Assembly: GCF_030144855.1 (NCBI RefSeq)
Contig: NC_082715.1
Span: forward strand, 34,782,001 to 34,846,000
Source of the DNA: Hypanus sabinus
Taxonomy: Eukaryota
Length of the DNA stretch: 64,000 nucleotides
Direction of reading: 5' to 3'
Under the pieces are notes generated by a model. The model made no database searches, was not told the DNA's origin, and saw nothing but the letters and a program-made list of their open reading frames with translations. Made by a program: the position numbers and the translations under genes. Each line of letters begins with the position of its first letter. Position 1 is the first letter of the stretch. Positions 13,116-25,339 of the stretch are shown here, piece by piece.

Positions 13116-14718
13116 CAAACCGCATTTCCAGAAAAGTTGGGATATTTTCCAAAGTGCAATAAAGACAAAACTCTGTGATATGTTAATTCATGTGAACCTT
13201 TATTTAACTGACAAGAGTACAAAGAAAAGATTTTCAATAGTTTTACTGACCAACTTAATTGTATTTTGTAAATATACACAAATTTAGAATTTGATGGCTA
13301 CAACACACTCAACAAAAGTTGGGACAGAGGCATGTTTACCATTGTGTTACATCACCTTTCCTTTTAATAACACTTTTTAATCGTTTTGGAACTGAGGATA
13401 CTAATTGTAGTAGATTTGCAATTGGAAATTTTGTCCATTCTTGCTTGATATAAGACTTCAGCTGCTCAACAGTCCGTGGTCTCCGTTGTCTGATTCTCCT
13501 CTTCATGATGCGCCATACATTTTCAATAGAAGATAGATCTGGACTGGCAGCAGGCCAGTCAGGCACATGCACTCTGTGTCTACAAAGCCACGCTGTTGTA
13601 GCCCGTGCAGAATGTGGTCTGGCATTGTCCTGCTGAAATAAGCATGGACGTCCCGGGAAGAGACGTTGCCTTGATGGCAACATATGTCTCTGTAAAATCG
13701 TAATATACTCCTCCCAGTCAATGGTACCTTCACATACATGCAACTCACCCATGCCGTAGGCACTGATGCACCCCCATACCACCACAGATGCTGGCTTTTG
13801 CACCTTTCACTGTTAACAATCAGGATGGGCGTTTTCATCTTTGGCACGGAGAACTCGACGCCCGTTTTTTCCAAAAACTAGCTGAAATGTGGACTCATCT
13901 GACCACAGCACACGGTTCCACAGTCTTTCGGTCCATCTGAGATGAGCTCGGACCCAGAGAACTTGCTGGCTTTTCTGCATAGAGTTGATGTATGTCTTCC
14001 TCCTTGCGTAATACAGTTTCAATTTGCATTTCTGGATGCAGCGACAGACTGTGTTAAGTGGCAATGATTTTCCAAAGTACTCCCAAGCCCAGGTGGCTAT
14101 AATTGTCACAGTAGCATGACGGTTTCTTAGGCAGTGCCGCCTGAGGGCTCGAAGATCACGCGCATTCAATAGTGGTTTCCGACCTTGTCCTTTACGCACT
14201 GAGATGTCTCTGAGTTCTCTGAATCTTTTCACAATATTATGTACTGTAGATGTTGAAAGACCTAAATTCTCTGCAATCTTGCATTGGGAGATGTTCCTTT
14301 TGAACTGACTAACAATTCTCTCACGAATTTTGGCACAAAGGGGTGAGTCACGACCCATCCTTGTTTGCAAAGATTGAGCCTTTGATGGACGCTACTTTTA
14401 TACCCAGTCATGATACCTCACCTGCTACCAATTAGCCTGCTTAATGTGGAGTCTTCCAAACCGGGTGTTACTTGAATATTCTGGGCACTTTTCAATCTTA
14501 TTTTAAAAGTCCCAACTTTTGTTGAGTGTGTTGCAGCCATCAAATTCTAAGTTTGTGTATATTTACAAAATACAATTAAGTTGGTCAGTAAAACTATTGA
14601 AAATCTTTTCTTTGTACTTTTGTCAGTTAAATAAGGGTTCATGTGAATTAACATATCACAGATTTTTGTCTTTATTGCATTTTGGAAAATATCCCAACTT
14701 TTCTGGAAATGGGGTTTG
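13116..14718 (-). mobile_element. Full-length Tc1 (IR/DR-type) DNA transposon
   Basis: 210-bp TIRs (13116-13325, 14509-14718; 9 mismatches by eye), each holding two aaaagttggga direct repeats; TA at 13114-15 and 14719-20. Confidence 0.96.
13336..14358 (-). pseudogene. Tc1 DD34E transposase, 340 codons, two in-frame stops
   Basis: HTH N-terminus, GRK, WSDE, QQDNA..(34 aa)..IEN in one frame; TAA (13815-13813) and TGA (13809-13807) in HPDC*Q*KVQKP. Confidence 0.93.
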
Positions 14719-15254
14719 TACAATAGAGCACAGTCTGTTCATGTTTAACTTGCAGTAAGACCTTGAAGCCACTCACTCCACTACTGCAGACTAGAGGTAT
14801 TGTCAGAAAGATAGACAGAGGCTTCCCTATCACATGTCACAGTGAAGGTGGGACGTGGTGGAAGCAGGTATCGGCACTGTGAGCTTCGTATGGTGGGTGG
14901 GGTCATGGTGAGAAGAGCAAGCCAGTGAAGCTGGGACACCTACAGAAAGTAGCATGTTTTACCAAAAAAGGCAGCAAATTGTAACAAGCCCTAAACAAGA
15001 GACTCCGTGATTTGGGATCTGGTCGGGCAAGACACCTTTCAGCGTCACCAAGATGTACTTCAAATTCAAGTTTATTGTTAAAATTCCACACAGGAATGTC
15101 GTACTACATGATAAATTTCTAGGATAAGCAGTTTGGATTGTCAGTCATTGAGGTAATTCCATTTTACTAGACCTATTCCAGTCCAATGAGTTTCATGTCC
15201 TATTGAAAAACTGATAATTATCTTCATCATGGAAAAAGAATAATTCCCCAGTTT

Positions 15255-15415
15255 TCTCCCGTGTGCTCAGGTTTCCTCCCACAGTCCAAAGGTGTACCGG
15301 GAAGGTTAATTAGTCATTGTGAATTGTTCTATCATTAGGTGGGTTGATCGGAGTTGTGGGGTTGCTGCGGTGGTGTGGTTTGAAGGGATCCACACTGTAT
15401 TGCTAAATAAATAAA
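15255..15415 (+). mobile_element. V-SINE (HE1-like) fragment
   Basis: ggtttcctcccacagtccaaag V-domain core; aataaa tail. Confidence 0.6.
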
Positions 15416-15910
15416 AATCACTTATTGCTCTCAGACTGAGCTAGCTCTTTAACTGAGCAAAGAATCCTTTGGCTTCAGACTATGACATTTCCATCTACTT
15501 TTGATTGGGACATCATTTGAAAGCAATATTGCTGAATTTGTCTCAGCCAGAATTCAGTTAGCAATTTCACACCCAGATAGCATATTACAGAACAACAGCT
15601 ATCATAAGCAGAAAAAGCGCAGTTTGCATTTAAAGTTAGACCAGTATAAGACTGACACTGTCAATGGAGGGGCACGGGGAGCATAAGAACAAAGGGACTT
15701 AACAGTACAAGCACATAGTTCATTGAAAGCAGTCAAGAGAGGTCATTAGAAATGGAAGTTCAAGTTGAAGTTTAATCATCATTCAACTACTCATGAATAC
15801 AGCCGAACGAAGTAGCGTTCCTCCGGGGCAAAAGTGAAAACATGCGCAGCACATGGCACTCATAACACATTCAAGATCGGAAGCAAACATACAATCATGC
15901 AAAAAAAATG

Positions 15911-15955
15911 TACACACACATACACACATACATATACACACACACACTCTCACAC
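15911..15955. repeat. Imperfect (CA)n microsatellite
   Basis: Seen directly. Confidence 0.85.
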
Positions 15956-16310
15956 TCTTCTTCGGTTGTCCATCGGAATCCAATGACGACGTCCACTCCT
16001 TTAACGGTGAGATCTTTCATGACTATACAGTCCTATCCTGGACCCACAAGTTCTATTGCAGGTGGGACATGTATATGTGGTAGTGCTGGGGGTAGTGATG
16101 GCAACCATGGCTGCATTTCTTCCTGCTCTCTTCTGCTGTCTTCTGGTTGTTCTTTCCATGTCCAGAATACAAACCTCATCCCAACGCAGCTGTCGCCAAG
16201 TGTTATGGACAGCAGCAACATCCTCCAGGTCCTCAGGTCTGATCTTGCACTTCCTTAAAGGATTCTTTATACACACACACACCTTTGGCTTTCCCTCAAG
16301 AGGATGCTGA
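15956..16310 (-). mobile_element. RTE-clade LINE 3' end
   Basis: C-terminal CPTCNRTCGSRIGLYSHERSH zinc-finger-like motif; (aag)n tail. Confidence 0.75.
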
Positions 16311-16394
16311 GTAGGAGCACGCTGCCATGTTACAGCAAGTCTTATATGACTTGACAATACCAATTTCAAATAAAAACTATTTTTATTGCAATTT

Positions 16395-16506
16395 GAATGA
16401 AGGGTCCCGATGAAGGGTCTCGGCCCGAAACGTCGACAGTGCTTCTCCTTATAGATGCTGCCTGACCTGCTATGTTCCACCAGCATTTTGTGTGTATGTT
16501 TGTTTG
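16395..16506 (+). mobile_element. Short Penelope-derived insertion with hammerhead motif (core U4>C)
   Basis: 13-bp TSD tttattgcaattt (16382-16394, 16507-16519); gtc-CCGATGA-agggtctcggccc-GAAA-cg-TC-gac. Confidence 0.8.
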
Positions 16507-16544
16507 TTTATTGCAATTTACCAGTTTGTGTGTCTGGTGTTCAA

Positions 16545-17790
16545 TAAATTCTTGCCTGACAAACCTGTTGGAATTTTTTGAAGAAATAACAAGCAGGATA
16601 GACAAAGGAGAATCAGTTGATGTTGTGTACTTGGATTTTCAGAAGGCCTTTGACAAGGTGCCACACATGCGGTCCATGCTATTGCAGGAAAGATTCTGGC
16701 ATGGATAATGCAGTGGCTGATTGGCAGGAAGCAAAGAGTGGGAATAAACGGAGCCTTCTCTGGCTGGCTGCCAGTGACTAGTGGTGTTCCACAGGTGTCT
16801 GTACTGGGACTGATTCCTTTTACATTATATGTTAATGATTGGGATGATGGAATTGATGGCTTTGTTGCAAAGTTTGCAGACAATATGGAGATAGTTGGAG
16901 GGACAGGTAGTTTTGAGGAAGTAGAGAGGCTAGAGATGGACAGACAAATTAGGAGAATGGGCAAAGAAATGACAGATGGGATATAATGTCAGGATGTGTA
17001 TGATCATGCAGCTTGGTAGAAGAAATGAAAAGGTTGAATTTTTTCTAACTGCAGACAAGTTACCAAAAACTGAGGCACAAAGAGACTGGGAGTCCTTGTG
17101 CAGGATTCCCTAAAGGTTATTTTGCAGGTTGAATCTGTGGTGAAGACGGCAAATGCAATGTTAGCATTCATGTCAAGAGGACTAGAATACAAAAGCAAGG
17201 ATGTAATGTCGAGACTTCATAAAGCACTGGTGAGGCCTCACTTGGAGTATTGTGAGCAGTTTGGGGCCATTTATCTTAGAAAGGATGTGCTGATACTGTT
17301 GGGGGCTCAAAGGAGTTTCATGAAAATGATTTCACGTTTGAACGTCTTGTCATATGAAGAGTGTCTGATGGCTCTGGGCCTGTATTGGTTATAATTCAGA
17401 AGAATGAGAGGTGACCTCATTGAAACCTGTCAATGGTGAAAGGCCTTGATAGATTGAAAGTGGAGTGGATGTTTCCTGTGGTGGGAGAGTCTAAGACCAG
17501 AGGACATAGTCTCAAAATAGAGGGGTGTCCTCTTAGAACGAAGACGAGATGGAATTTCATGAGCTTCAGAGTGGTGAATCTGTGGAATTCTTTGCCACAG
17601 GCAGCTGTGGAGGCCCAGTCTGTATGTTATTTAAGGCAGAAGTTTATTCTTGATTGGTCAGGGCATGAAGGGATATGGGGAGAAAGCAGGAGATTGGGGC
17701 TGAGAGGAAAAATGGGTCAGCCATAATGAAATAGTGGAGCAGACTCGATGGGCCAAATGGCTTAAATCTGCTCCTATATCTTACGGTCTT
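16545..17790 (+). mobile_element. CR1 LINE RT and 3' UTR
   Basis: LTNLLEFFEE, YLDFQKAFDKVPH, GVPQ, KFAD, LVRPHLEYC, TRGHSLK. Confidence 0.92.
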
Positions 17791-18879
17791 ATCCATCATA
17801 CAAAATAGGAAGGTAGTAAGCCATTGAGCCCCTTGAGCCTGCTTCTCCGTTCAACAAGATCAAAACTAATCTAATAATACATCTATTCTTCATTCCAATC
17901 TACCCCGGTAGCCTTCACTTAACAATTCATCTAGTTGAGCTAAAAGACTTTAAGAAGAAAATTCCAAACAGTTGCAAGTATCTGAGAGGGAAAAAATCTT
18001 ATCTCCATCTAAAATGGGCAACCACTCATTGTAAAACTGTGACCTTTAGTTCTAGGTCCCCACATGGGAAAGCATTCTTGCAAACATTCATGAAGAAACC
18101 TCTCAGAATCTTTTATATTTTAATCCAATCCCCTTTCACTCTTCTAAAGATACAATGGTAAATGAAAGTCAGAAAGATTGCAGAAGCTGGAAATCTCTCA
18201 TAAAAACAGAAAATTTTAGAAACAAAAGTTCTGATGAAGAGTCGTCTACATAAACATCATACATGTCTCCCTCCACAAATGTTTCCTGAGCCTGGTGAGA
18301 GCTTCCGACATTTTACGCTTTTACTTCATCATTGTTAACTGATCCTTACAGCTAAGATAACCCACTTATTCCAAATACTGGTTCAGTAAAGCTTCTCTAA
18401 AATGCCTCCAGCGTGTTAGCATACTTACCTAAAAAAGGCGAATACTGTGCTCAATACTCTAAATATGGTTTTACCATAGCCCAATACAATGGAAGTACAA
18501 CTTCTCTAATTTTATACCCATAACATTTAAGTACTTTAAAAATCAGATTAATACTTTAACTGAAATGTGACAAGGCCCCACAATGTAAGCTAAGAATAAT
18601 CTCTTTTATGATTTTTAAAACGTACCACTCAAATAAGGGCTATCTGCAGATAACAGCAGTTGCTGTCAATAGTGATCTTCCAGATTAGAGGGCGAGGTCC
18701 ATAGTTTCCTAACTTCTAAAGGAAAGGCTGAAATTAATAGAAACCACTTCGAATTCCACAACATTCATACCTATATTGTGAATATTCTGTGTTACTTTAT
18801 CAGGTCCAAACAAAGAATATGTTTAAACCAAACTTCCATGAAGTCACTCTTTGCTCATAAACAGAGAAAAAAATAAATC

Positions 18880-19360
18880 TCCCAGATGCACCACAGCTTG
18901 GTACGACAACAGTTCTGCGCGAGACCGCAAGAAATTGCAGAGTTGAAAACATAGCCTATTTTATCATGCAAATCAGCCTCCCACTATTAACTCTGTTTAC
19001 ATTTCTTCCTGCCTCAGGAAAGTGGCCAACATCATCAAGGATCGTTCGCAGCCTGGTCATTCTCTCTTCACACACCCAATCAGGCAGAGGACGCAAAAGC
19101 TTGAACACATGTACCATCAGGCTCAAGGACAATTTATCCTGCTATCATAAGACTCTGGGATGGCTGTGATCTCTCAATCAGCTTCATCGTGGCCCTTGCA
19201 CTTTATTTGCCTACTTGCACCTTTTCTGGGACTCCGCGATATATTCTGTCTTCCTTAGGTACTGCCTCGATGCATCCATGGATAGAATGATCTGTCTGGA
19301 TGGTACGCAAACAAAGCTTTTCATCTTAACTCAGTACATCTGACAACAATAAACTGATGA
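18880..19360 (+). mobile_element. Rex/Babar-type LINE 3' end, decayed
   Basis: CTTAWYDN..DRKKLQR remnant; 3' UTR ending aaagcttttca..acaataaa. Confidence 0.6.
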
Positions 19361-19668
19361 TCAATCACCAATGCGTTTCAAAATATTAAGCATTCATTTT
19401 GATGTCCTCCTTGAATCTATTAAGGTGTTTTAAGAGCAAAGTTTGAAAAAGTTAATGCTTAATAAGTTGTTAAACTGCCTATTTTTAAACAAATAAACTT
19501 TATTCATAATTTTTAAATTATTTACAAGAATAACCATTCAATGGCTTTTCATTCTTTACGCTCCTTTCCGTATGCATTCCGTATTCCTCTATTACATTGA
19601 TATAGATCTCTGCTGCCATTCATGTGGGACTCTGGGGTAGTATACCATCTATTAAAATAATTGAGGGG

Positions 19669-19851
19669 AAAACACAAGGAAATCTGCAGATGCTGGAAAT
19701 TCAAGCAACACACACAAAATGCTGGTGGAACGCAGCAGGCCAGGCAGCATCTATAGGGAGAAGTGCTGTCGACGTTTCGGGCCGAGACCCTTCGTCAGGA
19801 CTAACTGAAAGGAAAGATAGTAAGAGATTTGAAAGTAGGAGGGGGAGGGGA
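19669..19851 (-). mobile_element. Young short Penelope-derived insertion carrying a hammerhead motif
   Basis: Perfect 15-bp TSD aaaataattgagggg (19654-19668, 19852-19866). Confidence 0.85.
19766..19803 (-). ncRNA. Minimal type-I hammerhead ribozyme motif (intact core)
   Basis: Minus strand: tagtc-CTGACGA-a-gggt(ctcg)gccc-GAAA-cg-TC-gacag; stem I gtc/gac, palindromic ACGT stem III, GUC cleavage triplet. Confidence 0.75.
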
Positions 19852-22139
19852 AAAATAATTGAGGGGCTTCCTTTCCCCAACCAGACCCTTTCCTCTCCGG
19901 GAGAAAAAACCTACACTGTGGTCCTTCTTCACCGAGCCCTTGCGGTGGCTACAGTGCGTTCCGCAGCAGGTCCTGCTGTAGTCTGGAATGAGCCAGTTGG
20001 CTGCATTCCTCCACGGACATCTGAACGTGCTGACAGACCAACAACTTTCAGGTAGACGAAAGGGTTGATGATCTGTCAACAGCATTTGATGCTCGTCTCC
20101 ACATGCGAACTGCCCACAGATAATAAAACCAACAAATATATGTTTCCTCAGACATTAAAGCGGAGCATGTTCACCTAAAAGTACAATAACAGGAATACAA
20201 CATAAATCAGTCTAGGTGGCCAAGCCAAACTTCTTTATCAAAATTAACAAATTAGTTTGCAGGTGAGTGGTCAAGAAACTAAAAGAGATAAAAGCTGTAA
20301 ATGGATCTACCTCAATCTACACGATAAATAGATCTTCAGCATTGTGTTTCCCTTCTAGCCACTGACATATTCTCTAGCTTTTCTAAAATTTTTGAGATTT
20401 CCCATACTCTTGAATTTGTTTCCTCATCTCCATGTGAAAATATATTTTCCTTTATACAAAGTTAATTGCCAGTGCAACTAACGTAAGTATGCACTTAGCA
20501 ATGGACTTGGCCACTGCGACATTTTCAGCAAAATCCTGAAAACGGCTATTAGTGAAATGGAGAGGTGATAAATGGCTGCACATAAAATACAAAATGCATT
20601 TACTTTGATCTCTCACACTTTTGGTCTGAGACTTAATGAAACTGGCGACCTTATTAAGATGTTATGCTTGCCGAGTGTTGTCAGCTGCTCATTAATCTGA
20701 AAGGCCAAATCAGTATTTTAGTGAGTTACAGTATTTTTTATTGGGCTACTTGCCCAAGAGAAATAGAATATATCATGTCAGAAGTGTGATCAAATGGTAA
20801 GTAAACTGCAGTTTGAAAAATTTTATAATAATGAAAGATTGAGTTTATTTGTGCCACATGTGACACTGGTTTGAAGTTTTTATCGTCCACATCTAGTCAC
20901 CTCGAACTTATTAAGAGACAAATTGTTAAGAGATTCTGTGGTGTCACACAGATCATACCAGAAATGTAGGCGGATTTCTTCCTTAAGTGTTAGTAAAACA
21001 TATATGACAGGTGGTCATAGGGTGTAAATGGAAAGGGTAATTCTTCCTGAGGGCACCATCTGAAAATAAAGTGCTCTCCATTTCACAAACTGTTGAGGGT
21101 TCCTGTTATTTCGCTCTGAGGGTCATGAGTCGTTGCACCTCGCAACCTCAAAGGACATGGGAAGCAGTCTTTTTAAATATGTTTAAGGCAGGGTAGATTG
21201 ATTTTTGATAAGTAAGGGGGTAGAAAGAAATACAAAATTTGTGTTTTGTGTTTTGATCCACCAAGGGCTCATAGACTGGTGAAACATGTCTGACGGGCTT
21301 AACAACCAGCTCCTGTTTCTGATTTTGCTCAATAACAATCTTCAGGAGCATTACAAAGGGTTTCTTGTAAGAATATGACAAAACCCGTCTTCATTTTTAT
21401 TTGCTGCAAAAATCAGCACACAAATATGAACGTTCACACAGAGGATTGCAGATTTGATAAATATTACTAACAATAATAATCAGTTTTATTAATAAAGCAC
21501 ATTTACAGCCCAGATTCCAAATTATTTTTAAAGAGTTCTGCTCTTAAACTCAGTTCAAACAGCTGCCAAAAAACAACTCTGTGGAATACCGATATTTCTA
21601 AAGATTAATTACAAACAAGACACTTTTCTCCTTGAGATATCACAGCATTCTGTTTCTACTTCCTACCATTAGCAGAATTTAGTATTATATTTTGTCCTCT
21701 TAAAAATCCCAATTACTTATATTATGTCATCAGCATTCTTTAGTTTAAATATATTTATTTAAATTGCTCAAACTTAAATGGTCAGCCACCCCAAATACCC
21801 TGCAAAACCATTTGCAATCTTTGCATCTTATCACTGAAGATAAATATTAAACATTCAAAGCTTTGGGATGCAAATGATGTGAGTTCAGGAACAGATTTTA
21901 GTTCTAGAAATAGATTTAGAAACAACCTATGAAAAGTTGTTCTTCAAAGCTTCACTGACTTTAAAACCTTCTGTTATTCTGAAGACATAGTGTTCAATGA
22001 ATCAATCTTCTAGAATATTACATTGAGAAAACTTCCACTTAAGTTGGCTAGAGCTTATTTACTGCTGAATAGTCTAACTCCATAGCACAGATCAAGGTCT
22101 GAGAGATCTTGTATGTGCATCACTTGAAGCTAATACGCA

Positions 22140-22910
22140 AGCATATCAATTAGGAAGATACATAGTATATTGTCCTTTATTTAAAGAAGAGTTGAGTACA
22201 AGAATAAAGATGTCTTAATACAGATTCATGAAGGGTGATTGCTCCTTCAATACTGTGTACAGTTCTATGTTTGATATTCAGCAAGAATGGGTGTGTAATA
22301 GAGGGAATGCTGCACAGTTTCACTGGATTAATTCCTGTGATAATACATTTATTATATGAGGAGAGATTATATAATCTGTGGCTGTGTACTCTAGAGTAGA
22401 GAAGAATGAGAAATGATCTTAATTCTGGGCTTGATAATGCAGGCATGATCATCTATTGGTTGGGATATCCAGAAAAAGGGGAGGCAATTACATAATAAAG
22501 GATCAGCCATTCAGGGACTTCTTCACCCAGAATGTAAGTTATGTTTAGTTACAGCATTAGTACAGGAAAGTGATGCTAAGATAATGTGTCAGTATCTTGT
22601 TGCTGGTTTGAGGCACTGAATGATCTGATCTTGTCCTACTTCAGCCTCAGAATAGAAGGATGTCTCGTTAGAACAGAGATAGGGAGGAAGTTCTTTAGCC
22701 AGAGGGTGGTAAATCTGTGGAATTCATTGCCACAGATGGCCATGGAGGTCAAGTCGTTGGGTATATTTAAAGCGGAGGTGGATAGGTTCCTGATTAGTAA
22801 AGGCATCAAAGGTGACAGGGAGAAGGCAGGAGATGAGCTTGAGAAGGAAAATAAATCAGATGAAGAAGACTCAATAAGCCAAATGGTCTAATTCTGCTCC
22901 TATGTCTTAT
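22140..22910 (+). mobile_element. Two CR1 3' fragments
   Basis: FFSQRVVNLWNSLP motif (22586-22891); older remnant upstream. Confidence 0.7.
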
Positions 22911-23532
22911 CTTCATAAGGCTCATTGTGCCTGTGTGTCCTGTTGGATGAGCAATCCAATTAACCCTGTAACTTTGTCCTCTTCATGGGGCCCTACAAAA
23001 ATCTCTTCTCTAAGTAGTTGCCCAGTTTCTTGGTAACATGAATTTGTCAGAAAATTCTGTGTGAAAACAAACCATACATCTCAATTCAATTATACCTAGA
23101 TACCACCTCTCCAAAATTCCCTCTGTATTTTTTTACAGCTGCGAGAAAAACCAACCACTTCTCTGAGCTGGAATTTTTTTTTAAAAAACACAGACTGAAA
23201 AATACGCAGCACTTTAAATCTTTTTGTAATTTGCATACTATGAATATTTAGAATGAAAATTTTAAAATCACATATGCTCTATTTTATTTATTAATTGCAG
23301 GGTATAATGAAATACAGTGCAACAAAGAAAATCTTTCATGTTTCATAAACTTTTTCTAGCTGAGTCCAATTTCAGCTGTGTGGTTACAAATGCAATCTGC
23401 TCGGGAGCATTTCAGTTACTGCCTGTACCTCCCTGTCCTTTTCTAATGCTTTCATCAAATCCCCTGTATTCCTTTCTCTCATGTGTTTGTCTAGCCCAGT
23501 TCTGTGATAAGATACAGGTACATTGCACTTAC

Positions 23533-23605
23533 CATAGTACTGTTGTTTCCAGTACTAATGGAATGCAAAGCAACATAAAATAAATGTGCTCTTGCTATTT
23601 TGATC
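23533..23605 (-). other. Candidate exon of an unidentified minus-strand transcript
   Basis: Acceptor tttaattatag|G and donor ATG|gtaagt. Confidence 0.3.
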
Positions 23606-23685
23606 CTATAATTAAATATATAAATAGGAGCAAGGCACAGAATTCCACTATGGGCTGGGAATGACCAGAGCCTGGGTACATTCAT

Positions 23686-24459
23686 ATAGAGACATAGAAA
23701 ACCTACAGCACAATACAGGCCCGTCAGCCCACAAAGCTGTGCGGAACATGTCCTTACCTTAGAACTACCTCGGCTTTACCCATAGCCCTCTAGTTTTCTA
23801 AGCTCCATGTAGCCTTCCAGGAGTCTCTTAAAAGACCCTATCATTTCCCCCTGCACCACCACTGCCGGCAGCCCATTCCATGCACTCACCACTCTCTGTG
23901 TAAAAAAACTTACCTCTGACATCTCCTCTGTACCGACTTCCAAGCGCTTTAAAACTATGACCTCTCATGCTAGGCATTTCAGCCCTGGGGAAAAGCCTCT
24001 GACTATCCACACGATCAATGCCTCTCATTATCTTGTACACCCCTATCAGGTCACCTCTCGTCCTCCATCACTCCAAGGAGAAAAGGCCAAGATCATTCAA
24101 TCTAGAAGGCATGCTCCCCAATCCAGGCAACATCCCTGTAAATCTCCTCTGCACCCTTTCTATGGTTTCCACGTCCTTCCTATAGTGAGGCGACCAGAAT
24201 TGAGCACAGTACTCCAAGTGGGATCTGACAACATTACCTCGCGGCTCTTAAACTCAATCCCACGATTGATGAAGACCAATGCACTGTACACCTTCTTAAC
24301 CACAGAGTCAACTTGCACAGTTGATTTGAGTGTCCTATGGACTCAGACCCCAAGATCCCTCCGATCCTCCACACTGCCAAGAGTCTTAACATTCTGCAAA
24401 ATATTTGACCAACCAAAATGAACCACCTCACATTTATCTGGGTTGAACTCCATCTGCCA
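23686..24459 (-). mobile_element. Young CR1 LINE 3' portion (same family as 9229-10318)
   Basis: Near-colinear with 9229-9990. Confidence 0.9.
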
Positions 24460-24476
24460 TTAGTCCACAAACTTAC

Positions 24477-24527
24477 TTCCAGGCTTTGCAATGCAAGTTG
24501 CAGAAGGCTGCAGCCACTGCAGGACAC
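24477..24527 (-). other. Candidate 51-nt exon of an unidentified minus-strand transcript
   Basis: Acceptor ttttgcctgcttgccacag|G and donor GAA|gtaagt. Confidence 0.35.
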
Positions 24528-25339
24528 CTGTGGCAAGCAGGCAAAACTACTTTACCAAATGAACTTCAGAACCGTGTTGAAAAGCAGGAAGTGCCTGTGA
24601 GAATACCGGTTTTAATTTCAGAGCAGGAATAGAAAGCGAAATAAAAGCCAAAAGATCCAAGTAGGAGTGAAAAAGGAAAAAAAAATTAAATTAAAATCAC
24701 TTATCATAAATGAAATCTGAAAGAGTGGGAATCGGCAATTGCTGCTGCTAATTTTCAGTACCAAAGAGATTGTTCGGAAGTAATTACCAATTATTATGTC
24801 TTTAAGGTTAATTTGAAATTAATTGACTTTGTGCCTTTGTGTAATCCAGCGATTCATGATGTTCCGAGTATTTGAGGGGTGGGGGGGGGGGGGGGTGCAG
24901 GTGGCTTTAGTTGAATTAAAAAGTGAGGGACGAGGGCTTCGGGGTTTTCGCTGTTGGCAATATCCCATCTAACAGTAATAATAAACGACAGTTGTAAAAC
25001 ACGGCGAGCGATCTGAGAAAGTTCACCTCACTTAAGTACAAAGTTAACTCTATCATGGCGATATCCCGTCCCCGTACTGATGTTAAACGATATTATCATC
25101 CTGTCACCCTCGGAAAGATTTGACTTTCTCCTGGTTGGATTCCATTCATCTTCTGAAAGACTGTACCCCTCACTTTAAATATTGGCGATTACAAATAGAC
25201 AACCTTTATCATACAGATACATCTCACTGATCGTCTTAATCTTTTCCTTTGAAAAGAACTATTTTACTTAACTGAATCTTTATACGAAAGTTCAACTTCA
25301 TTGTATAGTTACCTGAAATGTAGTCTATTTACATTAAGT

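Larger units (their letters stand above)
19480..20090 (-). mobile_element. L1/Tx1-clade LINE 3' end, decayed
   Basis: Minus-strand remnant LLVCQH..EECSQLAHSRLQ..TTV* resembles Tx1 C-termini; aataaag near the 3' end. Confidence 0.5.

Noticed and set aside
16001-16486. 161-aa ORF
   Set aside because: Chimera of a Penelope-derived insert, spacer and an RTE C-terminus.
18421-18432. Perfect minus-strand donor (AG|gtaagt)
   Set aside because: Lies within a decayed CR1 fragment; no supporting exon.
19624-20085. 143-aa and 94-aa ORFs
   Set aside because: Read-through of a Penelope-derived insert and a Tx1-like remnant.
24876-24897. Poly-G run (also poly-C at ~54570 and ~55247) as a G-quadruplex
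   Set aside because: Simple homopolymers of uncertain assembled length; no evidence of function.
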